Shown here one piece after another: positions 9,389 to 18,558 of a stretch of DNA of 64,000 nt (within the stretch, counting starts at the first letter, position 1; the number at the start of each line of letters is the position of its first letter). The notes below the pieces were generated by a model. That model saw only the letters and a list, made by a program, of their open reading frames with translations, ran no database searches and was not told the origin of the DNA. The DNA lies in NCBI GenBank assembly GCA_963751275.1, contig CAVVTZ010000009.1, forward strand, positions 480,001 to 544,000. The letters run 5' to 3'. The translations under genes were made by a program, and so were the position numbers. The DNA is from an uncultured Gemmatimonadaceae bacterium (GTDB lineage: Bacteria; Gemmatimonadota; Gemmatimonadetes; Gemmatimonadales; Gemmatimonadaceae).

Positions 9389-9417
9389 TTGACAGCGGCC
9401 GCGCCGTTCCGTATTCA
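9389..9417 (+). promoter_or_regulatory. sigma70-like promoter for the multicopper oxidase
   Basis: TTGACA-N17-TATTCA. Confidence 0.5.
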
Positions 9418-9443
9418 CCTCCAACTCCATCACCGGGTTCCCC

Positions 9444-11315
9444 GTGTTCCGTTCCGCCGCGCTGCCGCTCCTCGCGCTCGCGCTCATCGCGCCTGCGCCC
9501 ACGCCCGTCGCCGAAGCCGCGCCCAACCAGAACCGGCATCCCGCCGGCCGCTGGTCGCACGACACGCTCTTCGTGACGCTGGAGGCCCGCGCCGCGCTCT
9601 GGCGCATCGACGAGAACGACAGCCCGCCCGCGTTGGTCCAGGCATTCGCCGACGAGCACGGTGCGCCGTCCATCCCGGGTCCGCTCATCCGCGTGCGCGA
9701 GGGCGCGGTGATCGTCGCGACGGTGCGCAATGGGCTCGCGGACTCCACACTCATCGTGCACGGTCTCGTCGCGCATCCCGCCGCGCGGGACGACACCGTC
9801 CAGGTGCGACCCGGCGCTTCGCGCGATGTCATCTTCCGCGCCGGCGCTTCCGGCACGTACGCCTACTGGGCGACCTCGCGCCATTCCGCGTCGATCGCGG
9901 TCCGCAGCGGCCCCGACGGTCCGCTCGGCGGCGCCCTCGTGGTGGACCCCTCGGCCGGACCCGTGCCCGACGACCGCATCTTCGTCATCACGCAGATCGA
10001 CCTCGACCCCGACTCCACGCGCCCCAAGCCCAACTACGACCGCTTCCAGCTCGCGATCAACGGCCGGGCGTGGCCGTACACCGAGCGTCTCACCTACGCG
10101 CAGGGCGACTCCGTGCGCATGCGCCTGGTGAACACCGGCTACGAGTTCCACCCGATGCATCTGCACGGCTTCTACTTCCGCGTGGACAGCCGGAGCGGGC
10201 TCCTCGCCGACACGCTCTACGCGCCGGCGGACCGCCGCATGGTCGTCACCGAGCGCGTCGATCCCGGCACGACGATGTCGATGGTGTGGGTGCCGGACCG
10301 CGCGGGGAACTGGGTCTTCCACTGCCACATCTTCGCGCACGTGGAGCCCGACCTCGTCTATCCCTTCCCGGGCGACACCATCCCGCAGTACCCATCGCCC
10401 ACGGGCAAGGGGCCGATGGCCATGTCGGGGCTGATGCTCGGGATCACCGTGACCCCGCGCGCGGGCGCCGCGCCCGCGGCGCCCGCCGCGGAGCCGCCGC
10501 GACGGGATGTGCGCATGGTGCTGCGCGAGCTCCCGTACCTCGTCGACTCCGCGCCGGCCATCTCCGTCGCGCTGGGCGACACGGCGACCTTCGGGCGCGT
10601 CCGCCTCCCGCACGACATCCCCGTGCCGACGCTCGTGCTCACCCGCGGCCAGCCGGCGCGCCTCTGGGTCGTGAATCACATGTCCGGCCCGGCCGCGGTG
10701 CACTGGCATGGCATTGAGCTCGAGAGCTACTACGATGGGATCCCGGGCTGGAGCGGCGAAGGCACGCACGTCGCGCCGCTGATCGCCCCCGGCGACTCCT
10801 TCGCGGCGTTCATGACTCCGCCGCGCGCGGGCACGTTCATCTATCACTCGCACATCGAGAACGGGCATCATCTCGCCAGCGGGATGTACGGCGCGCTCAT
10901 CGTCACGGAGCCCGGCGTGCCGTATGATTCCACTCGCGACATCGTGCTCCTCTTCGGCGGCGGCGAGCTGCAGCCCGACCAAGGTCTCTACCTCAACGGT
11001 TCCCGCCTCCCGCCGCCGCGCGCGCTCAAGGCGGGAGTGGCCTACCGCGTGCGCCTCATCGACATCGCCGAGAACTACGGCGTGCGCGTCGCGGTCACCT
11101 TCGCCACGCAGCCCGTGCAGTGGCGCGCCATCGCCAAGGATGGCTTCGACCTCCCCGGGTCCCAACGCACCGTGCGGCCGGCGGTGCAGGTGGCGAACGT
11201 CGGCGAGACCTACGACTTCGAGTTCACGCCGGCCCGCCCGGGCAACTACTCCCTCGAGATCATCCGCCCCGCCGGCGTCGTGAGCCGGCAGCTCTGGCGC
11301 GTGAGCAAGCCCTAG
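9444..11315 (+). CDS. Secreted multicopper oxidase (four cupredoxin domains)
   Basis: Signal peptide; HPMHLHG, HCHIFAH, HWHG, YHSH, SGMYGALIV. Confidence 0.88.
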   Translation: MFRSAALPLLALALIAPAPTPVAEAAPNQNRHPAGRWSHDTLFVTLEARAALWRIDENDSPPALVQAFADEHGAPSIPGPLIRVREGAVIVATVRNGLADSTLIVHGLVAHPAARDDTVQVRPGASRDVIFRAGASGTYAYWATSRHSASIAVRSGPDGPLGGALVVDPSAGPVPDDRIFVITQIDLDPDSTRPKPNYDRFQLAINGRAWPYTERLTYAQGDSVRMRLVNTGYEFHPMHLHGFYFRVDSRSGLLADTLYAPADRRMVVTERVDPGTTMSMVWVPDRAGNWVFHCHIFAHVEPDLVYPFPGDTIPQYPSPTGKGPMAMSGLMLGITVTPRAGAAPAAPAAEPPRRDVRMVLRELPYLVDSAPAISVALGDTATFGRVRLPHDIPVPTLVLTRGQPARLWVVNHMSGPAAVHWHGIELESYYDGIPGWSGEGTHVAPLIAPGDSFAAFMTPPRAGTFIYHSHIENGHHLASGMYGALIVTEPGVPYDSTRDIVLLFGGGELQPDQGLYLNGSRLPPPRALKAGVAYRVRLIDIAENYGVRVAVTFATQPVQWRAIAKDGFDLPGSQRTVRPAVQVANVGETYDFEFTPARPGNYSLEIIRPAGVVSRQLWRVSKP

Positions 11316-12589
11316 CCGCGCACTCGCACCAGCACGTAGTCGCGCGCGCCCTTCTTGAGCAGCAGGTGCCGCCCGGCGAGCATCGCCGTCGCGTCGATGC
11401 TCCGCTCCTCGGCGCCGAGCTTGCGTCCATTCACCGACAGTCCGCCCTGCTCGAGCAGGCGCTTGGCCGCGCCCTTGCTCGCCGCGAGCTTCGCCGTCAC
11501 GAACAGTTCCGACGTCTCGAGTGACCCGTCCGCCGGCGCGCCGATCTCCACGAACGGCACCTCCTCCGCGAGCGCGCTGAGCGCCGCCGCCGAGAGCGAC
11601 GCCGCGTCCCCCTTCCCGAACAGCAGCCCCGACACCTCCACCGCCGCGCGCGCCGCCTCCGCGCCGTGCACGCGCTCCGTCACGTCGCGCGCCAGCGCCT
11701 GCTGCGCTTCGCGCTTCTCCGGGTGCTTGCTCACCGCGTGCTCGAGCGACTCGATCTCCGCGCGCGGCATCAGCGTGAAGAACTTGAGGAAGCGCCCCGC
11801 GTCACGGTCGTCGGCGTTCACCCAGTACTGGTAGAAGCGGTACGGGCTCGTCTGCTTCGGATCGAGGAACACCGCGCCCGATTCGGTCTTCCCGAACTTC
11901 GTGCCCGTCGCCGTGGTCACGAGCGGCATCGTGAGCGCGTGCGCCTCGTGCGCGTCCACGCGCCGGATGAGTTCGATCCCCGCGGTGATGTTCCCCCACT
12001 GGTCGCTGCCGCCGATCTGCAGCGTGCAGCCCTCGCGCCGGTGCAGCTGCAGGTAGTCGTACGCCTGCAGCAGCATGTAGCTGAACTCAGTGTACGAGAT
12101 CCCGCCCTCGAGGCGCGACTTCACCGAGTCCTTCGCCATCATGTAATTGATCGAGAAGTGCTTCCCCACATCGCGCATGAATTCCACCGCCTTGAGCGGC
12201 AGCAGCCACTCCGCGTTGTCGCGCATCAGCGCGCCGCTCGTACCCGGCGAGAAATCCAGGAAGCGCGCGAGCTGGCCGCGGATCGCCTCCGAATTCGCGG
12301 CCACCACGTCCGGCGTGTTGAGCTGGCGCTCCGCGGTCTTCCCGCTCGGATCGCCGATCATGCCGGTGCCGCCGCCGACCAACGCGATCGGCCGGTGCCC
12401 GTGGCGCTGCAGATGCGCCAGCACCATCACCGGCACGAGATTCCCCACGTGCAGGCTCGGTGCGCTCGGATCGAACCCGCAGTACGCCGTCACTGCGCCC
12501 GCCTGCAGCGCCGCGCCGAGCGTCTCCGTATTTTGATACAGAAGCCCGCGCCACTTCAGTTCTTCCAGTAGTGAATTCGTCCCCGTCAT
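11312..12589 (-). CDS. tyrS: Tyrosine--tRNA ligase
   Basis: YCGFDPSAPSLHVGN, QIGGSDQWGNI, KFGKT, C-terminal S4 domain. Confidence 0.97.
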   Translation of the reverse strand: MTGTNSLLEELKWRGLLYQNTETLGAALQAGAVTAYCGFDPSAPSLHVGNLVPVMVLAHLQRHGHRPIALVGGGTGMIGDPSGKTAERQLNTPDVVAANSEAIRGQLARFLDFSPGTSGALMRDNAEWLLPLKAVEFMRDVGKHFSINYMMAKDSVKSRLEGGISYTEFSYMLLQAYDYLQLHRREGCTLQIGGSDQWGNITAGIELIRRVDAHEAHALTMPLVTTATGTKFGKTESGAVFLDPKQTSPYRFYQYWVNADDRDAGRFLKFFTLMPRAEIESLEHAVSKHPEKREAQQALARDVTERVHGAEAARAAVEVSGLLFGKGDAASLSAAALSALAEEVPFVEIGAPADGSLETSELFVTAKLAASKGAAKRLLEQGGLSVNGRKLGAEERSIDATAMLAGRHLLLKKGARDYVLVRVRG

Positions 12590-12666
12590 GCGACAAACAT
12601 AGACCGCCGTGGCGCCGCTGTCATCTCGCGCGCACTGTGGCCCCTACGTAGTTTGCTCTTGTCGTC

Positions 12667-12692
12667 CCCGATTCCCGACTCCCGATTCCCGA
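12667..12692. repeat. Heptamer tandem repeat (CCCGATT/CCCGACT)
   Basis: cccgattcccgactcccgattcccga; also at 24727, 37226 and 48211. Confidence 0.75.
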
Positions 12693-12702
12693 GCCGTACA
12701 AG

Positions 12703-14869
12703 TTGACCCGTAACCCCCTCCGTCTGTCGTTCTGGCGCTCCCGCCCCACCCTCACGAAACGGGTGGTCTTGCTCGCGCTGTTCGGCCTCAGCTTCGGCGC
12801 CGGCGCTGCCGTCGCGTCCTGGACGCTCGTTTGCCGCGGCGGCGCCTGCCCCGACCCCCGCCAGCTCGACCAGTTCGCGCCGCGCCAGACCTCCAAACTC
12901 TATGCCGCCGACGGCCGCTTCATCTCCGAGATCGGACTCGAGCGCCGCACGCTCGTCCCGCTCAAGGAGATCCCTACCGTCGTGCGCGACGCGTTCATCA
13001 TCACCGAGGACAAACGCTTCTACGAGCACCACGGCATCGACTGGGTGCGCGTCTTCGGCGCCGCGGCGCACAACGTCGTCTCGCGAGACTTCGGCCAGGG
13101 TTTCTCCACGCTCACCATGCAGCTCGCGCGCAACGCCTTCCCCGAGAAGATCTCCCGCGAGAAGACGCTCACCCGCAAACTGCGCGAGACGAAGATCGCC
13201 CTCGAGATCGAATCGCTCTATCCGAAGGACAAGATCCTCGAGCTCTATCTCAATCAGATCTACCTCGGCAACGGCGCCTACGGCGTCGAGACCGCCGCGC
13301 AGCGCTACTTCGGCAAGTCCGTCCGCGACCTGAATCTCGCGGAGGCCGCCACGCTCGCCGCACTCCCGAAGGCGCCCGAGCGCCTCAATCCGCGCCGCTA
13401 TCCCGATCGCGCCATCCAGCGCCGCAACACGATCATCGGGCTCATGCGCAATGAGGGCGTCGTCAGCGAGACGGACGCGCGCCTCGCGCAATCCTATCCG
13501 CTCGATCTCGCCAAGAAGAGCGAGTCCGGCGAGCTCGCACCGTACTTCGTGGAGTGGGTCCGCCAGCAGCTCGAGGATCAGTTCGGCGAGAAGCTCTACT
13601 CCGACGGTCTCAAGATCTTCACCACGCTCGACATCGATGTGCAGCAGGCCGCCGAGCGGAACCTCGAACGCCAGCTCCGCGCCATCGAGGCGGGGAAATG
13701 GGGCGCGTATAAGCACACCACCTACGAGCAGTACCTCAGCCGCAGCCTCACCGACAGCGAAGGCGGCGAGTCGTCGCCGTATCTCCAGGGCGCCATGGTC
13801 GCGATGGACCCGCGCAACGGCGCCGTGCGCGCGATGATCGGCGGCCGCGACTTCGATGATTCCAAGTTCAATCGCGCCACGCAGGCGCTGCGCCAGCCGG
13901 GCTCCACCTTCAAGCCCATCGTCTACGCCGACGCCATCCACTCCGGCCTCTCCGCCTCGCACCTGCTCGACGACTCGCCGCTCACCCTCCCGCAGTTCGG
14001 CGGCACCGATTGGACCCCGCAGAACTACGACCTGAAGTTCATGGGCATCATGCCCCTGCGGGAGGCGCTGTACCTGTCCCGCAACCTCGCGACGATCCGC
14101 CTCGGGATCGAGCTCGGCCCGCAGAGCGTGATCGACATGGCGCGCAAGCTCGGCATCACCACGCCCATCCCGCCCTACCCGTCCATCTGACATCGGATCG
14201 GCCGATGTGTACCCGATCGAGATGATCGCGGCCTACTCCGCCTTCGCCACGCTGGGCGTGCGCACCGCGCCGCACGGCATCGTGCGGGTCGAGAACGCGA
14301 AAGGGCAGGTGCTCTGGGAAGGCACGCCTCTGCGCTACGACGTGCTCTCGCGCGAAGAAGCGTGGCTGATGGTGAACATGATGAAGGACGTGCTCTCCAA
14401 GGGATCCGCCGCCTCGGTGGGCGCATTGGGATTCAAGATCCCTGCCGCCGGCAAGACCGGCACCACCAACGATTACACCGACGTCTGGTTCATTGGCTAC
14501 ACCCCCGATCTCCTCGCCGGCGTCTGGATGGGTTTCGACCGTCCGCAGAAGATCCAGGCCAATGCCCAGGGCGGCCGCCTCGCCGCGCCGGCCTGGACCA
14601 GCTTCATGACCGAGGTCTACCAGCGCCGCCTCAAGCCGCCCGACTGGCCGCGCCCCGAAGCGATCATCACGCGCCAGATCGACGACTCCACCGGGCTCCT
14701 GCGCAATCCATTCTGCCCCGCCTCCGTGGTCACGAGCGAGTATTACATTGAAGGCACCGAGCCGACGAAGGAGTGCGACGTGCACACGCCCACCGGCACC
14801 GTCTCGCCGTTCGACACGCTCGTGGTCCCGCAGCTCAAGGTCCCCGGCTCCCCTCCGCCGCGGCGCTGA
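12703..14869 (+). CDS. Class A penicillin-binding protein (PBP1A); indel near 14190
   Basis: EDKRFYEHHGID, STLTMQLARN, RQPGSTFK, SRN, GKTGTTND across ORFs 12703-14190 and 14207-14869. Confidence 0.92.
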
Positions 14870-14873
14870 GCCG

Positions 14874-16187
14874 GTGATCCGCTACCACGCGCGCTGGGTG
14901 CTGCCCATTTCGCGCCCGCCCGTGGAGCGCGGCACGGTGGTCGAGCACAACGGGGTCGTCGTCTACGCCGGCCCGCGAGACGGCGCACCCCCCGGCGACG
15001 ATCGTGATCTTGGCGACGCGTATCTCCTCCCCGGGCTCGTCAACACGCACACGCACCTCGAACTCACCGCCTTCCACGGACTCATCACCGCGCCATCGTT
15101 CCGTGAATGGATCGTGACGCTCCAGGCCGCGAAGACGGCCGTGATGACGCGCGAGCGCTACCTCGATTCCGCGCGCGCCGGCATCGCCGACGGCCTGCGC
15201 GCCGGCATCACCACCTACGCCGACACCTGCGACTCCGGCGTCGCGCTCGAAGCGATGCGCGAAGCGGGCGTGCGCGGCATCATGTACCAGGAGGTGTTCG
15301 GTCCCTCGCCCGATCCCGCCGCCGTCGCGGAATCCGCGCGCGCCCTCGACGCCAAGCTCGCCGCGCTCGAGCCGCTCGCCACGGACATGCAGCGACTCGG
15401 CGTCTCGCCGCACGCGCCCTACACCGTGAGCGATCCCCTCTTCGCGCTCGTCGCCCACCTGGGCCGCCCGATCGCCGTCCACGTCGCCGAGAGCGCCGAA
15501 GAGACCGCGCTCGTCGCCGAAGGCGCCGGTCCGTTCGCCGAGGCGCTCCGCAAACGAGGCATCCCCGTGGCCGCGCGCGCCGCCTCGCCAGTCGCCCTGC
15601 TCGAAGAACTCGGCGTGCTGGCTTTTCGTCCGCTGCTCATCCACTGCATTCGCGCGTCGGGCGCCGATCTGCGCATGATCGCCGCGCATGATTGCGCGGT
15701 CGCGCACTGCCCGGCGTCGAACGCGCACCTCGCGCACGGCGTCGCCCCCGTCGCCGCGATGCTCGCCCTCGGCATTCGCACCGGCCTCGGCTCCGACTCC
15801 ATGGCGAGCAACGAACGCATGGACATCCTCGAGGAAGCGCGGCAGGCCGCCGCCAAACAGGCCGGCAAGATCACCGCGGCGCAATCGCTCGCGCTCGCCA
15901 CCCTTGGCGGCGCGAAGGCGCTCGACCTCTCCGATGTCATCGGCACGCTCGACGCCGGCAAACAAGCCGACCTCGCCGCCTTCCCGATTCTCGCGACTGA
16001 TCCCGGCGATCCCGTCGCCGCCCTCACCACCCCGCGCCCAGCGCTCGCCACGTTAGTCGCCGGCCAACCGAAACTCTGGGACTCTCGCCTACTCGCCACC
16101 GACGAAGGTCACCGCGCTCGCCTCGTCGAGATCTCCGCCGCCCTCCGGGCCCACCGCGACTCGTTGAGCCCGCAGTCTAACGTCTAA
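14874..16187 (+). CDS. Amidohydrolase (MtaD/SsnA-like deaminase family)
   Basis: PGLVNTHTHLE, SPHAPYTV, HVAES, HCPASN, GLGSDS, GKQADL. Confidence 0.88.
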   Translation: MIRYHARWVLPISRPPVERGTVVEHNGVVVYAGPRDGAPPGDDRDLGDAYLLPGLVNTHTHLELTAFHGLITAPSFREWIVTLQAAKTAVMTRERYLDSARAGIADGLRAGITTYADTCDSGVALEAMREAGVRGIMYQEVFGPSPDPAAVAESARALDAKLAALEPLATDMQRLGVSPHAPYTVSDPLFALVAHLGRPIAVHVAESAEETALVAEGAGPFAEALRKRGIPVAARAASPVALLEELGVLAFRPLLIHCIRASGADLRMIAAHDCAVAHCPASNAHLAHGVAPVAAMLALGIRTGLGSDSMASNERMDILEEARQAAAKQAGKITAAQSLALATLGGAKALDLSDVIGTLDAGKQADLAAFPILATDPGDPVAALTTPRPALATLVAGQPKLWDSRLLATDEGHRARLVEISAALRAHRDSLSPQSNV

Positions 16188-16246
16188 GTCTAGAGTCTAG
16201 GTCTGCTGTTCTAGCGAACCCGCCCACCCCCAAGGTATCTTAGACC

Positions 16247-17205
16247 ATGCATAATCCCGCCCCCAAAGGCGCCACCCAGTCCATTCTGGCGCGACGGCAA
16301 GCTCATTCCGTGGGCCGATGCCACGCTGCACGTGATGTCCCACGTCGTGCATTACGGATCGAGCGTCTTCGAGGGGCTGCGCTTCTACGAGACCCCCGGC
16401 GGACCCGCGATCTTCCGGCTCGACGATCACATGCGCCGCCTGATCGACTCGTGCAAGATCTACCGGATCCCCATCAAGCATTCGGCCGAGACGCTCGCGC
16501 AGGCCTGCGTCGATACCGTGGCCGCGAACGACATCCGCCACGGCTATCTGCGCCCGGTCGTCGTGCGCACCGGCGAACAGATGGGCGTCTTCGCCGCGGA
16601 CATCCCGGTGGAGACCTTCATCATCGCCTGGCACTGGGGCCGGTACCTCGGCGAAGATGCGCTCAAGGATGGCGTGGACACGTGCGTCTCCAGCTGGCGC
16701 CGCGCCGCGCCCGACACCTTCCCGGCGCTCGCCAAGGCCGGCGGCAATTACCTCAGCGCCTCGCTCTCCAAGATGGAGGCCCGCGGCGACAAGTACGCCG
16801 AGGGGATCATGCTCGACGCGATCGGCCACATCGCCGAAGGGGCGGGGGAGAACATGTTCCTGGTGCGCGACAAGATCGCTCTACACGCCGCCGCTCTCCG
16901 CCGGCATCCTGCACGGCATCACCCGCGATTCCTGCATGCGGATCGCCGCCGACTTGGGCTACGAGGTGCGCGTAGAGGCGCTTCCGCGCGAATTGCTGTA
17001 CATTGCGGACGAGGCGTTCTTTACGGGTACGGCGGCGGAATTGACACCGATCCGGTCCGTCGATCGTGTACAGTTGGGGGACGGGAAACCGGGGCCGGTG
17101 ACTCGCGCGATCCAGGAAGATTTCATGGGGATCGCGACCGGCAAGAAAGAAGACCGCTACGGGTGGCTGACTATGGTGCCCGAAACGGCCGCCGCTGCCC
17201 GATGA
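16247..17205 (+). CDS. ilvE: Branched-chain amino acid aminotransferase (indels near 16287 and 16878)
   Basis: HYGSSVFEG, AKAGGNY, EGAGENMF, ILHGITR, DEAFFTGTAAE. Confidence 0.92.
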
Positions 17206-17229
17206 GGGGCGCGGCGCGGTGAACGACTC

Positions 17230-17260
17230 CCGCCCCGGTTCATCGAGGCGGGCGTTTTTT
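17230..17260 (+). terminator. Probable intrinsic terminator after ilvE
   Basis: cccgcc...ggcggg hairpin followed by a T-tract. Confidence 0.45.
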
Positions 17261-17274
17261 CAGGAGGCTCAAGC

Positions 17275-17883
17275 GTGATCGTCGGCTGTCTTGCGCTGAA
17301 TGCTTCGTTCGAACCACTGACCATGGTCCCCATGCGTCGGGCGCTGCGGCTTGTGCTCGATGGCAAGGCCGAGATCGTGGAAGCGGACACCGGCAAGGTC
17401 ATCCGCTCGGAGCGGCTCACGCTCCCGCGCCCCGCGGTCATTCGCCTCGTGAAGTTCATCCACGTGCCGCGCCGCTTCCGCCGGCAGGTGACGAACACGT
17501 TCCTCTTCGCGCGCGACCGCTACCGCTGCCAGTACTGCGGCCGCTCCTCCATGGAGCTGCGTCCGCGCGAGTCGCTCACGCGCGACCATCTCGTGCCGCT
17601 CTCCCGCGGCGGCACCAACGAGTGGACGAACGTCGTGACGGCGTGCTCGCCCTGCAACACGCGCAAGGGGAATCGCATGGCGGAAGAGATCGGCATGCAT
17701 CCGCTCGTGCCGCCGGTGGAGCCGCACTTCGTGCACCTCAGTTGGGCCGTGCGCCGTCTCACCCCGGCGCAGTCGAAGTACATCAAGCTCTTTTACGGCC
17801 CCGAGACGCTGCACCAGGTGGAGGAGCTGGAGCACCGCCCGCACCACGGGCGCGGCGCTCCCATCCTGAAAGCCGGCGCCTGA
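17275..17883 (+). CDS. HNH endonuclease
   Basis: LALNASFEPL, RDRYRCQYCG, TRDHLVPLSRGG, NVVTACSPCNTRKG; GGAGG RBS. Confidence 0.92.
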   Translation: MIVGCLALNASFEPLTMVPMRRALRLVLDGKAEIVEADTGKVIRSERLTLPRPAVIRLVKFIHVPRRFRRQVTNTFLFARDRYRCQYCGRSSMELRPRESLTRDHLVPLSRGGTNEWTNVVTACSPCNTRKGNRMAEEIGMHPLVPPVEPHFVHLSWAVRRLTPAQSKYIKLFYGPETLHQVEELEHRPHHGRGAPILKAGA

Positions 17884-17895
17884 TCCCTCCGGCCG

Positions 17896-18558
17896 CTACT
17901 GCGGCCGGAACACCGCACTCCGCGCGCGGTACGTGCGCGTCTGCCCCCCCAGCAGCCGCGTGACCAGCGTGTTCGCGCCATGGCCGAGCGCGGCGCCGGC
18001 GTTCTCCTTCCCCTTCATCGCCGAGTCCGCGTCGCCGCTCAGCCAGCGCTTCACCTCGTCGATGTCGTTCACCGAGAGCATCTCGAGGTCGAGCGACGCG
18101 TAGTAGTAGTACTTCGCGTGTCCCGTGGGCGGCTGGATGTCCGGCACGAACGGGCGGGCCACGGCATCCTCGGCGTCCTTGAGTTCGGCGAACGTGCCGA
18201 GCGACTGCCAGCGTCCGGCGATGCGCGTGACCGTGTAGTGGCGCGCGAGCGGATCGTAGCTCACCACCACATCCCACTCCACGCTGCGCACGAGATCGTC
18301 GAAGAACCGGTTCGCCCTCCAGAGCTCCAACCGGAAGTGCAGGCGGGCCGGGAAGCCGCTGAACAGCAGTTCGCGCGTCGTGCGATCCGAGAGCATGCGC
18401 ACGCTGCGGAGCACCGGCGCTTCCTTCGCGCGCACGGAATCCGCCGGCAGGATGACCTCGAGCGCCGGCTCCGGCGGCGTGGCATGCTTGGGCGCCTGCG
18501 CCGCGACTCCGAGCGGGAGCGCGAGCAGCGCGAGAAGGAGCTGGGCGCGATGCGTCAT
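17896..18558 (-). CDS. Exported protein, DUF4390-like
   Basis: Signal peptide MTHRAQLLLALLALP; GFPARLHFRLELWR, VSYDPLARHY pattern; last gene of the ntrYX-like operon. Confidence 0.6.
   Translation of the reverse strand: MTHRAQLLLALLALPLGVAAQAPKHATPPEPALEVILPADSVRAKEAPVLRSVRMLSDRTTRELLFSGFPARLHFRLELWRANRFFDDLVRSVEWDVVVSYDPLARHYTVTRIAGRWQSLGTFAELKDAEDAVARPFVPDIQPPTGHAKYYYYASLDLEMLSVNDIDEVKRWLSGDADSAMKGKENAGAALGHGANTLVTRLLGGQTRTYRARSAVFRPQ

Noticed and set aside
9354..11165. Long antisense/alternate-frame ORFs (e.g. 2116-3705, 9354-11165, 12586-14193, 61612-63672)
   Set aside because: These are shadow ORFs expected in high-GC DNA opposite well-supported genes; they carry no motifs.
1196..17883. 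Prophage remnant (DnaB-like, Cas4-like, HNH)
   Set aside because: The genes are dispersed among housekeeping genes, with no integrase, structural genes or compositional shift.
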